64,000 nucleotides of DNA, from assembly GCA_012295275.1 (NCBI GenBank), contig CM022672.1:13640001-13704000 (forward strand). The letters are read 5' to 3'. The notes beneath the pieces were generated by a model. It saw only the letters and a program-made list of their open reading frames with translations. It was not told the DNA's origin and ran no database searches. A program made the position numbers and the translations under genes. Origin of the DNA: Chrysomallon squamiferum (lineage: Eukaryota > Animalia > Mollusca). Below are positions 40,944-54,828 of this stretch, piece by piece. Position 1 is the stretch's first letter, and each line of letters opens with the position of its first letter.

Positions 40944-41960
40944 ATGCAAGTGGGACTACTTCTGGGATACACACTGTTGTTACTAGCATGCAGAATCAAA
41001 GGAAAAGAAATCTTGCCCACTACGTCACAGGCCTGCAGCGAGGACGACGAGGTAGAACAAACATGTTTTGTCTGTGCGCAGCTTCCTGTTGACCTCGGTC
41101 TATCGGACTGCTGTACAGACTCGACTGCTTTTGAAATCTGTAAAATCTGTCTCGCCGATATTTCCCAGTGTCTCGCCAGCTACCTCGATGTGATTAAAGG
41201 CGACCGTCTGTTCGCAGACGAAATGCCTGAACCAAACGATAACCCTGGAAGGTCATCTGATGTTGTCAGCAAGAGATTTGGAAGGTTATTTTTAGGCCCC
41301 CGACCTCTGGAGCGACCGAACATAAATGAAATACTGGTTTCAGAAAAAAGGTCCGGCATTTTGGATAAGCCTGACAGAGCGGAAAAACGATGGGGAACTC
41401 TTAACATGGGGGGTCGATACGGAACTTACAATTTAGGGAATCTTTGGAGGCACTACGATTATCCTTTCATCGGCAAAAGAAGCTATTTGTCAAGCGAAAA
41501 GAATGAATACATTCCCGATAATCTTGTCAGTGGAGAGTACGAATCCCGGTATCCAGGAAGTTCGTATCAGAAGCGATACGGAACATTGCATCTTGGGAAA
41601 CGTTACGGTACTTTGTTAAAGCGATACGGTACATTGTTCACTTCAAAACGGTATGGTACGTTATTCACTTCAAAGCGTCACGGACCGCAAGATGCTGTTA
41701 GTAAGCGGTACGGAACTTTATTTACTGGAAAACGACATGATGTAAAAAATCAGAAAAAACGCTACGGTACCTTGCATCTGGGGGAAAAAAGGAGCCTGCC
41801 AAATCAGGAGAAGAGATACGGAACGCTGCATTTAGGAAAGAAATGGGGAACGCTGGGACTGGGGAACTACCGTCGATATTCTCCTTCAAAAAGAGATGAA
41901 GAATCATCAGGAACTTTTAATCATAATGTGAACAAACGATACGGACGGCTGTTTCTCTAA
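40944..41960 (+). CDS. Neuropeptide precursor, opioid/proenkephalin-like architecture (338 aa): signal peptide, 8-Cys domain, multiple KR-flanked YGTL/YGRL-type peptides
   Basis: Signal-like MQVGLLLGYTLLLLACRIKG; Cys domain C-x9-CxxC-x11-CC-x8-CxxC-x6-C; then dibasic-flanked YGTLHLG (x2), YGTLHLGE, YGTLL, YGTLFTS (x2), YGTLFTG, YGRLFL, FGRLFLG, WGTLNMGG, WGTLGLG. Several end in G-KR/KK amidation signals. Splice acceptor 15 nt upstream of the ATG; AATAAA at about 42392. Confidence 0.93.
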   Translation: MQVGLLLGYTLLLLACRIKGKEILPTTSQACSEDDEVEQTCFVCAQLPVDLGLSDCCTDSTAFEICKICLADISQCLASYLDVIKGDRLFADEMPEPNDNPGRSSDVVSKRFGRLFLGPRPLERPNINEILVSEKRSGILDKPDRAEKRWGTLNMGGRYGTYNLGNLWRHYDYPFIGKRSYLSSEKNEYIPDNLVSGEYESRYPGSSYQKRYGTLHLGKRYGTLLKRYGTLFTSKRYGTLFTSKRHGPQDAVSKRYGTLFTGKRHDVKNQKKRYGTLHLGEKRSLPNQEKRYGTLHLGKKWGTLGLGNYRRYSPSKRDEESSGTFNHNVNKRYGRLFL

Positions 41961-42748
41961 CTGAGAAAAGCGGACACATATTTATTTAGTAACAAATCTC
42001 GTAGACTGAACATTACCTCTGTTTCTCGGGACAACTTCAATACCAATGATTCCAAAGTTCTGTACATTAAATAGGGACTTGTAATAATCACTATCGGGGA
42101 AACAAACAGTTCAAAAGAAGCGATTCTCAGTCAGAATCAGAACAAGGCTATATTTCTATATTATTCTTCATAACTCATACAATCAGAGGATGATAATTTT
42201 TGTGCATAAATGAACATAAAACAAACAAAACACTATAATTTTCTATTTGATTATTCAAAGCCATGGTGACAAAACAGTTAATGACAAAAAAAAAAAAAAA
42301 ACAAAAAAACCAACAAAAAAACATGAAAAAAATACACTGAAATTACTTGATGGTGTGTATATTTCTGAAATTTAGACTAATGATAATGTGAAATAAAAAT
42401 AATTACTCTCAAATGACAATATTTGTTATTTTCGATGCAACAAAATGATTTCAGAATAATATTTTGACTTGAATGCTTGTATCTTACATATTAAACGCAA
42501 CGGTTTTTTAATTTCCAACAGTCTCCTGTTTCGACTTTTTAGAGTACCTGGACAAAATGATAGCAAAACAAAATAATGTTTTTTATTTAACGATGTATTT
42601 TAATATTAACTGTTATAAATAAGATGCCTAATTTTAAATAAAATAAAATTAATAATAAAATTAACGATTAAGGAGTAATATTTTATTTCCTTTCAAAGAT
42701 TTTTTTTGCTTTGAATATTTGTCGTAGCTTATTCTGTACATAGAAAAT

Positions 42749-42807
<59 letters not shown>

Positions 42808-43125
42808 AATAACAATAACAAAGAAACTCTAATAAGCACATTCCTATAAACATTCTTACTTGTAGCATTCTGTTAAGACTGTTTTGCATTTAAATTTTTT
42901 CTCTGTATTTTTCCATGGACAGGAAAGTTTGACCTTTGATAAACATGGGTGTACGACTAAAGGGGACATATTACGGGACAACTACCCTCCGAAAATTCCA
43001 GGCAATACAATGTGGAAAATGTTTTGCCAAAAAAAAAAAAAAAAAAAAAAAAGAAACAAAATGATATTTGGGTCATTAAGTTAATCAAATTTCGATAAAA
43101 AAGCCGTGGGGCATTTCTAACATTA

Positions 43126-43176
<51 letters not shown>

Positions 43177-43778
43177 CATCAAAGAAAATCAAAGATAGAA
43201 ACTCAATTTAACTATCTACTAATTTTTTTTATTCTTTTGCCTAATATTTACCAGTTAAGTCAAGCTTTCATTATTCTGTATCTGATCTGATTCGATTTTT
43301 ATGCATGATAAAAATGTAAGAAAAATGTAAATCGATACAATATGATAATAAATTACTAATGGGAGTATTATAATTGGCGACGTAAACCTTCACCTTTACA
43401 TCACCACAGCGATGAAGACTTCTCTTAATTGGAGATATGTTCTTTCCTTTCACCTTTCTACTCTCGAGTAATCCTGATTTCCTCTGATTACTGAAAGACT
43501 CAGACTAAAATTAGTTTCGCCGAGGTATTTCTGTTTCTTTATAGATCTGAGCTTTATGAGAGATATTCTCCGTAATGTCAAAATATGTCTCCTAATCCTT
43601 AGAATGGAACTGTTATTTAAACTGAATTAAAAACGCAGTGCGTATGATAATAACCCTAATTAGATAGAGGATGATAAAAAGAAAGGGTCTTAGGGATTTG
43701 TTTGCCCCCTCGTTATTTTTTCTTAACCCTGGTTGCATATTGGAAGATAGTAAAACACACTCTCGCACGCACATACAC

Positions 43779-43884
<106 letters not shown>

Positions 43885-43986
43885 AGACGCGAATAATAAC
43901 TGTTAAAGATAATTAATAAGATTACTGAAAAGAAAGAATTGTAAAATAAAATTAAAAATCTAAATCAAAAAATCAAAATTCAAATA

Positions 43987-44021
<35 letters not shown>

Positions 44022-44950
44022 ATTAGCTGATTCTGAGCTGCACTGCAAACATGACTATATCCGTCGCTGACTCATCCAAATACACGTACAGTAATCAAAG
44101 GCTCTATTATATCTTAATAAGTAAACAAACATTTTACATCGATCCTTTTAACAATATCTTTTAATAAAAAAATAAAAAAAATATTTCAAAACTTGTTTAT
44201 AATACTGGCTTTTAAAGAGATTTATTTCTTATTTTCTTTTATTTCTTCTCATTTATTTTTTTTTTTGGTTTTGTTTTTTCACATTTTTGTTTCTCTTTTT
44301 TTTTCCTATGAGACAGATTTAAGTTTTGTTCTTCAAAATGTATTTCAAATTTTACACATTTAAATTAATTAATATAAACAAAATTTAAAAAAAAAAAAAA
44401 AAACTTCATTATAATTTATTAAATATTTATTCCCAATTCAGTTTCTATTATTACTACTACAAAAACTTTTTCAAATATGAGACTGCTTTTAATAACAATA
44501 AACACATGGACAACAACAACAGCAACAATAGTATTCATATCCATTTCTGAGTTAACCTTATACTTTACTTAATGAAATAAGATATGCAATCAGTCTTACA
44601 ACAGGACAGAAAATATTCAGAGCCAAACTGAAAAAAAGACTGCTGAAGATATTCAATGTTCAGATAGTTTTAACATACAAACAATATCTTTAAAAAAATT
44701 ATTTTGTTTTTGTATTTTAGTATTTTTTTTTTTTTTTTTCAGTCATGGTGACGATGATGATGATAAATATAATGTAAAGAAAAATAACAATAACAGAATG
44801 AACAACAGTAATAGACGAATCATACGAAACTATTGTTTGTTACAAAGTTTATAACTTTTTAAGTTACATAAATCCTTCATATAATCCACACATTTGTACA
44901 TATATATACACATATATACATACAGTTATATCCACCGAAACATGCACAAG

Positions 44951-44995
<45 letters not shown>

Positions 44996-45048
44996 AGATA
45001 CCTATAAAAAATACATACAAACATGAACACAAACATACACTACACTAG

Positions 45049-45090
<42 letters not shown>

Positions 45091-46857
45091 TTATATAAAA
45101 ACATATACATACACAACGGAACAAATATTTAACAATCAAAATCTTTAGAACACGATATTGTGACAGCATCTCTAATTAACACGACAACTGACAACCGTCT
45201 GCGGATAAAAAACACCGAACTGAAGTAAAAACGGGCGTGTTTTTTTCTCTCTAAAAATGAAGAATTGTGTGATAAAATAATCCAGGAATTAATCTGAAAA
45301 CGCGCAGATTTAACCTGTATGAGGGAAACCAGACTTCTTGACGCTAAAGGATAAATAAAAACCCCTTTGCGACGGCACTAGTCATTAAAGTCATCTATCT
45401 ATATGTGTGTGTGTGTTTGTGCGTGTGTGTGTGCGTGTATACGTACGTACGTGTGTATAATTATATCACTAGCATATTTAGAGGAGTGGCGAAGAGAAGG
45501 GGCGAGGTTGAAGCTGTTGATTGCAGTGGTTGTGCTGTAAATTGACAGGAACACATTAACAAACTTTATTAAATATCTGTATCATTATCGTTGCGATATT
45601 ATGCTCTCTGCAATAAATATCTTACATATTCAATCAACATGTCCTTCCTTCTTGACATTTTTACGGTTACTAAGTTGCCTACCTATTAACGTTAAATACG
45701 TAGACATTTTATTACGGCAGTGAAATTATAAATACAAAGAAGAAAAAAGAAGACTCACTTTCTCATGTCATATAATATTGTTAATGATACTTGATAAAGA
45801 GGAAGGAAAAGAAGATGAATGTACTTCATTATTTTAACGTCGTGTACATTGTGATATAAAGTCATTATAGATCACCGTTCATATCCAACACGCACGCATT
45901 AACGCCATAATTAAAAGAGGATAAAACTGGTGATAATATCTCAACGACAACTTAACAGCAATAATTAAAACTCGACTAGTATATATTTCTCAGTTTTACT
46001 TTTAGTTGTCTACGAAATAATATATATATATATATTTTATTCTATTCATGCGCGAATATATGGGATAGGATACATCGAATTCATCTGGACACCTCTGTTA
46101 CTAAAACAATTTGTTTTTATCAATTGTTTGTATCTAACACTGCTCGCAGGTAGTAGTTTTTTGTTTGCTATTACTAGTACAACAATTACAGTTATAATTA
46201 CTGATACTACTACTTCAAGACTAATGTTATCATAACTATTATTTCCACAGTAATTACTTTTAATATCATTAACACTTCTAACACTATTTTTACTATTGTT
46301 TTGAATGAAATTATCAAATATAGTACTGTTGTTACTTTTATTATTGTTATTACTGCTTCTCCTTCTACTATTGTTGCTAGTATCATTACTGTTTTGTACA
46401 ATTATTATTAGTGTTTCTATAACAGTTGATACTGTCGCTATTACTGATACTACCATTACAACTATTATATACTATTATTAGATTAGAATATGGCAAGACG
46501 CCGACAGTAACGAAAACATTCGATCTCTCTTTCCTTTGTCGATTCCCGAACAGGCTATAAAATATCGACATACATTTCAAAATACAGATAATCAAGAAAA
46601 CTAAAGATCAGTGCAAAAACCATTTTGGTTACAGCAAATGTCATTGAATACACACACCAAGAGAAAATTCTCACTGAATAATATTTTTCATTGCAGATTA
46701 TATGATTATAAATACCAAAAACACATTTGAGATGAAAAACATGTGAACTAATGACATTTGTTGTTTGTATAGAAATCATCACGACAGAAACAAGTTCCAT
46801 AATAACATACAAACTGCTATACATAACACATTAACAGCACCACTGTTTCTCATGTGC

Positions 46858-46917
<60 letters not shown>

Positions 46918-47383
46918 TTGTCCGTAAATATATATATATATATATTCCGCACCATAGCCAACTACTGGTAAACAAACGTCGGATATTATTATTATTATTT
47001 CTACATTATCAAAAAAAAAAAAAAAAAAATAAAATTAACGCCAATTCAAATTCTGAATAAACACATTTTTGCTGACATAATTTGACTAAGTGAAATAAAT
47101 GTTAAACTGTGTTGCAGATAGTTTCACAGTGTAAATGAAGCAGACAAACAAGCTGCCAATTCCAAATGTGCATTAAGTGATTTCCGTGATAACTTTGTTT
47201 TATAACATTTTTTTTTTTTTTTTTAGTACGAGAAAAACTGATAAACATATACAAAATTTCTAACAGCAAAACGAATGTTTATTTTCGGGTGAGTATAAAT
47301 TTTTGTTATTTGCAGGTGAATTTCTGGAACAATAAAATGAAAAAAAAAAAAAAAAGAAACAAAAAGAAAAAAGAAAGAAGTAA

Positions 47384-47426
<43 letters not shown>

Positions 47427-47815
47427 TATAAAAAAACTATTATAAAGCACTTTAAAAATTTATAACAAATAGTGACTATTAATTATTGCCGTAACTGATT
47501 TCTGCATGTATTTTGACATTTTGTAGATGGAATTTATGGACCCTCATTTTTGTACTATACTTTTAAAAGCATATCTTTTTTATAACTTGATTCTTAACAC
47601 TCAGCCTACATAAAAGAAAATAGAAAATGTGGATTAAAACACTTGTTCATGGTCAGTTATTGTCTCTCTTCATCTCATTTTAAACAGTTTATTTTTGATA
47701 CTCTTGTTATAACACAATTATGTGAGGATTTAACATCATCGAAATAAGTATATGTTTTTTCGGCTATACAGAATTTAGAGTCATTTCTTTGAAGTAAGGA
47801 TCTTTATTCAGACAA

Positions 47816-47892
<77 letters not shown>

Positions 47893-48039
47893 TTATATAG
47901 GCAGTAATAACTAATACAAATATTCTATTTATTCACTTCATTAATTATTTCTTGTTATTGCTGTTGTTCTTCTTTTTGTTGTTGCTAATATTACATATAA
48001 TATATTTTAGCTCACTGGACGTCTTCAATAACCTTTTTT

Positions 48040-48150
48040 CAAGGTTCCGCCCAATTTAATATGGAAATCACATTGAATAAAATAAACCGGAAGTTATCTG
48101 TTTTGGTCTGCTAACAAATTCTTTGATGTTAGAAAATACATGGGTAACTC
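48040..48150 (+). promoter_or_regulatory. Putative promoter and first exon of the MFS gene
   Basis: TCCGCCCAAT (GC/CCAAT) at about 48046-48055, ETS-type ACCGGAAGT at about 48086-48094 and a possible donor TGG|GTAACT at about 48143/48144. CpG density appears to fall downstream of about 48600. Confidence 0.35.
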
Positions 48151-48509
48151 GTTTATTGTAATTGTAATCGGTAATAACGTGTAATTGTTTTGCCTCATTT
48201 CGTTGTATCATATTTTATGTCAAATACGAACAAAGAAAGGTACTGACACCTTCTGTTTCGTATGTGTTATTGTACTGCGTATCACTGCACGGCACGTGCG
48301 GCCATTTAGTGTCAATACGACGTCACAATAGCTATCAATTTAGTAATTATATAGAATTATCCACAAGATCGTATATATATCAAAGGTTTCACTGGTCATA
48401 TTGTGTAAACCTAAGTTTATTTTTCGTTCGAAGAACAGTGTTGAGCAAAGTCATATTGTTCATCAGTCCTTTACACTCGTATCATTAATTTCTTTTATAC
48501 GTGTGTCAC

Positions 48510-48543
<34 letters not shown>

Positions 48544-49112
48544 TCGCTTTATCATCATGATTATCAATATTTATAAAAAAATGTAAAAAATTTCTCAGAT
48601 TTTGATGATTTGACATTTATTTTTAAAAACAAACCTAAATGAAAAGATATATTATGTTTATAGCGTTAATTTTGTGTAAAGGATTAGCAAATGTGGTTGG
48701 AAAATAACAAAATATCACTGAAACTAACCTTAAACTAACCTTAAAACTAACCTGACTGGTCCTAAAACTGGTGATTTTGACTTTAAAGGTAGAATGGCAT
48801 ATTTGCTTTACAGTCAGTCTTTTGCATGGTTACCAGCCTGTCTGTGAATTTGCATGCATGATTATCAAGAAGAAAGACTAACTCACATATGTAAAATAGT
48901 AGACTGTGTCTTTGTGTCACCAAAGTAAACATTAAAGTATATTAAAAAAAAAAAAAAACAATCTTTATAATAATGGAAAAGAGCCACTGAGTGGAATCAA
49001 ACACTTTTAAATAACAACCTTTTCCCAAAATATCAGTCTTATGTGTCATATTTTAAAAATTTGCTAAAACTTATAATGATTGAGATAGTATTCTGTCTTT
49101 GTTTATCATTAC

Positions 49113-49157
<45 letters not shown>

Positions 49158-49391
49158 GCAAAGCAGCTTCTATATAATTTTTTCCAAACTCTCAGTTGAA
49201 TGTATCTTACTTAATGTGAGGAAGAAAATGTTTCAGGGTAGGACAGAACAGTTGTGATGCTTTCACTTGCTTTTAAATAATCCATTTGTGTTGTATTTCA
49301 ACTGAAAGAAGAAATTAAAAGAGCTTTTAAAATTTAATAAATAAACAAAAATTAAAACCAAGCAATAATAAAAGTGGTAATAATAGCAGTA

Positions 49392-49450
<59 letters not shown>

Positions 49451-50915
49451 GCTACAACTATTACAACTAATAACGGTAACAGTGGTAATATTTTTTAAAG
49501 ATAATATAAAATTTCCGTTTGTGTCTGGAGTTATTCGTATATTTAATTTTAATTTATTTATTAACAACAACAATAATAATAACAGAAAGAAGCTAAAATC
49601 TGAGATCATACAAAATATAAATTTTGTTTTGCTGATTTTTCTTTAAACAAGTTTTAAATTTGCATTTCATGCTGCTGCTTTACTGAGAGTTAACAGAATA
49701 ATGCATTGTATCTTTTTTGTTGGTTACTGGCAGGATGCGATAAAATCACTACACAGAGATAAGCAGTGGGCATTATATAACTGACCAGAGTCCAGTTTGT
49801 TATTTAATTCTTAACATCACTGTCATTATGTGTTTGTCATAAATGCTACTGGTTTAGTTTCTGTTAAAATTTGGAGGTATTATTTTGAAATCATTATTTC
49901 ACATGTAATATTTATTATACAGTATAATTTATATTATTATTGTTGTTGTTGTTGTTGTTGTTATTTTGTGATTGATTTTTAGAAATTGCTGAGAGCTGTA
50001 TGCTTCTGTATGCTTTAATTTATTAACACTTTATTGATCTATAATATTCACACTCATATGTTGTGCACATTCATTTTTCAAAAAGAAATATCCCTTATAA
50101 CCTGCTTAAACCATGCTAGTTCAAATCAGCTATCTCTTAGTAGAAATCCTGTGGGAAAACAATCCACAGAGTTCGTTTGTAAGAAAAACATATCTATTTC
50201 TATCTATATCTATATCTATCTGTCTATGTGTGTATATATATATATATATATATAATGTTCATAATTATACAATAATCCTTCATTAAAATAAATAAATAGT
50301 TCTTTAATTTTTTTATAATTGAATTTTGGCCCGTCACAGTGGGTAATTATTGCAGCTGATGTATCATTTAATGATGGTTATTTTGTTTCTTATGCTGATA
50401 TATTGTATGCCACATTGTATTTAGGTTTATTATAGCACCCATCAGATAGATTTAATTTTCAGTGTTAAACTAAATATGGACTGCATCAGTATACAGAAAA
50501 AAGATATCTATCTATCTATCTATCTATCTCTCTGTCTATCTGTCTATCTGTCCATCTATCTATTTATCTATTGATAGATCTATGAATGGATGGATGGGCA
50601 AGTGGGTAAACAGACATAAAGACAAGTAGGTAGCATAATTGCATAACTATTATGTTGTTGAAATGTTTAGTTTGTTGGTTTTATACATATCTATATATTA
50701 GCTAGTACTTAAATATTTAAAATAATGCATCCTCATTGTTTTAATTTAAAAGCTATATGTTTCACACCATCTTACAATTAACTTTTAAACCTATTAATAC
50801 AAAAAATATTTTGAAGTGACATGAAACAAATGTTAATTGTTTTCAGTGATTCATGCATATTGTATGTATTATTCATTCTAAAGAACTCATTATCATGGTT
50901 ATTTGTGTGTTATTT

Positions 50916-50946
<31 letters not shown>

Positions 50947-51362
50947 TTATTTTTTTTGTTCCTATTTTATGACTAACTGCTGAGAGTATAGTTTGATGTT
51001 TAAAACTACATGAATAAGTGAAAATGCAAGAGCTGTATGCCTGTTTTACTACTAACTCTTTTAGCTAGCTAGTTTTTTTGCCAGATTTTGATAGCACAGT
51101 ATTATAGAATCTTAATAAAAACTTTAAGCAAACATTGTCTGTGGCTTGCTTCTGGGAATTAAGGATTATATAAAACAGTAACCCATTACTAATAACAAAA
51201 TATTCTCTTCACAGCTTAAGCCAGGTGCTAATTAATTTATTACAAATAATAATAATAATAACACTTGGTTATGTAATATTTTAAAAGTGTTTTCATTTTG
51301 TATTGTTTTTGAACAGTCAACAACTTAATTGAAAGTCTGTGTTATTGCTTTATCCTTATTTA

Positions 51363-51468
<106 letters not shown>

Positions 51469-51747
51469 CGCTTGCTTGCTGTCTCTCTATGTCTGTATCT
51501 TATGCTCACTCTTACTATCATGTGTAACACCCCCACACATTTATGAAAATGTAAGTAAGGTAAACTTTAAGAATTCCTGTTTAGCCCATGTTTGTAAGGA
51601 TGAATGTTGACTTCTTAGTGTCAGGTGATGTTATAAATTAATTTTATTTCTGTTTTTATTTATTTATTTATTTATTTAAACAGGAAAGCTGCAAGTATTA
51701 CTCAGGAAGTGAACAATTTCAAGGATAATAAAAATGTTAAGAGCTCC

Positions 51748-54134
51748 ATGAAAAGTAAACAAAGTATTATAACTGAGCAAAAAACAAAAATGGCTGACGG
51801 TGAGATTTTTAATTTGTTACTTCTACTTAATAATTATAATCTTAAAGTTTACTAATGATTGTTAATGGATCATTATTTTTAATTATTTATGTACATTATT
51901 TTATTTTATTTTATTTATTTATTTGTTTGTTTATTTTTTATTTTACACTTGTATTTGTTTACTCATTATAATAGTGAACATAATTGTAAAGGCAAATCTG
52001 TGTGAAACAAAACAATGATTCTAAACATGGCCCATTATGTATTATACTAAATAATAAAATTCATGAAGCTACACAGAATTTATATTTATTTAAAAATATT
52101 AGTAACTTGCTTTTACTGAATATCTTGTTGAGTCCGTCATATTCTGTCACCTCTCCATCTTTATCCATTTTCCATGTTATCTCTTTGTTTTCACTGTTGT
52201 TGAAAGAAACACTTCATACATTGTGAATTTTTTGTTAATTCTTCATAGTATATAAGCAGTATATGATTATTTTTTTTTTTTTTTTTTTTTTTTTAAATTG
52301 TTATTATTATTTTTTTACAGTAGCATATAAAATTATCAAGCTGAAATTAATATAACATTATTGATGTCATTTTTGGTTTTGTTATTATTAATGTTAATAT
52401 TTATTTTTAGTAATTTCTTAGATTATCTACTGATTAAGCTATTAATATGATGTACACTGACATAAAATGTAATGTTATACATATGTTTAATATATATTTG
52501 TATGCTGTTCTGGATTTTTTTTTTTTTATTTTATTTATTATTGTTATTTTTTCATAATATAATACACGGCTTAAAGGAATAAGAAAATACTAATATACTA
52601 GCATGAAATAGTTTAGAAATGATTTTTTAATGAAAATTTTCAGAAAATCATATCAGTGTGCTAGTTATGTTACAAAATGAATTATTTGCATAATTTTTCA
52701 GCAAATCATGGGTTCTGTCGCGATTTGAAAATTTACAATGTCTATGTGCTGCTTGTGCTGCTGGTCACTTACCTTCTGAACCAGCTTGACCGGTATATGC
52801 TGGCCATCACATCAAAGGCAATAGCTCAAGAAATTCACTATGGAGACCAGGTCTGCATGGTAAATAATTCTTTCCCTGTGGCTGAACTCAATCACGTCAA
52901 ATGCAATGCGACAGAACCAACAAGGTGAGCTGATATTTAAATGCATCTAGTAATATTTACAACCAGGAAAATGAAAATGTACCTATGATGCAGTGAATGA
53001 AGAAATTAAAAAAAAAATAATAATGATAAAATAAAACAAATGTGACTAAAATGATTCTTTTACAAATCCAAGTTATTATTTGATTGTTTTGGGTTGCCTG
53101 CCATACACTGACAATAAAATAAAACTGTTACAAATAAATTAATACAGCCATTTTACCTTTGGTGTTACAAATCAGTAATTTAAAAAAAAAAAAGTAAAAA
53201 ATAATAATGACAAAAATTATTTTATATAAATTCAAATTATTATTTGATTGTTTTAGACTAGCTGTCTTTGTTAATAACAAAATACGACAGTAAAATAAAA
53301 TACAAATATATGAATACAGCCATCTTACTTGAGTCATGATGTTTTAATATATATGGTTTACTAACAGTTGTATTTGTTCTGACATTTAAGAACACTTTAG
53401 AGCTGATAAGAGCTGACATGTCTACCCCTATACTCAGTGACATCATGACTACAGAGAAACAGCATATATTTTTAAACTGTACTACTTGTTTCATGTTATT
53501 CTTTCTTATTAAGTTTATATGACAAAAAACAATAAAAAAAACAGTCTATTTAGATTATTTCTTCATATCAAAGACACGCTAAAGGTCATTTAATATATAA
53601 AGGATGTAAATCAATATACTTGAGAAAAATAATTTAAACTTTAAACAACAAGATTGATTTATGAAACAAAATATGGTGAATTCATCCATCAACAACAACA
53701 TAAAACTATATTAGTACAAACATCAATTAATACACTACTTTTTTATTGTCAATATCTTCATAATGATTATCATGTGAATTTATAAATCTTGAATTGGGAT
53801 TCATACATATTCAGTTATGATCATAGTGTAGTTAAATATGACACTATATAGCATTATATAACAGTTAACAATTTTATTTGTTTTATTTAAAAATTAAAAA
53901 ATTAAAGTATTATAACTACTAATAATGTTTTTAAGTAAAACAAATAAACATTTGATATAAGTTTATAATTATTATTACTATTATTATTTATTTATTTATT
54001 GTTATTATTGTTATTACTATTATTACTGTTATTATTATTACTATTATTTATTATTATTACTATTATTATTTATTTATTTATTGTTATTATTGTTATTATT
54101 GTTATTACTATTATTACTGTTATTATTATTACTA

Positions 54135-54167
<33 letters not shown>

Positions 54168-54176
54168 TATTTATTA

Positions 54177-54232
<56 letters not shown>

Positions 54233-54695
54233 TATCATTAGTCTTACTACTTTTATTATTACCATTATTTGTTTATTTGTTTATTGTTTTAATCTCTTGC
54301 AGTTGTTTGGCTATCAGCAATGCAAATGGCAGCCATGTTTGTAAATTTGACTACAATGGACAGGGCTGGGATTATCAGATCCTTGCTGGACCTGTCTTCA
54401 TCCTTATCTACACGTTTATGGGCATCTTTGTGGGATTTGCTGCAGATATCTACAATCGGAAAATTTTACTTGCAATTTGTCTTATCTTCTGGTCCATCAT
54501 GACAATCCTAACTGGTTTGGTTACTTCCTATTGGCAGCTTGTCATTCTCAGATTTGGGCTGGGTATGGGGTAAGGAAAATAATTTCATAACATACACTGT
54601 TAACAATAGAAGTAGTTGTAATGATACTAATGGAAATATCATATATATATATATATATATATACAGAGAGAGAGAGACACAGAGACAGAAATATC

Positions 54696-54726
<31 letters not shown>

Positions 54727-54746
54727 GAGAGACACAGAGACAGAGA

Positions 54747-54828
<82 letters not shown>

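Noticed and set aside
46046-46456. 136-aa Asn/Ser-rich ORF
   Set aside because: Derived from degenerate AAT/ACT triplet repeats; no splice or homology support.
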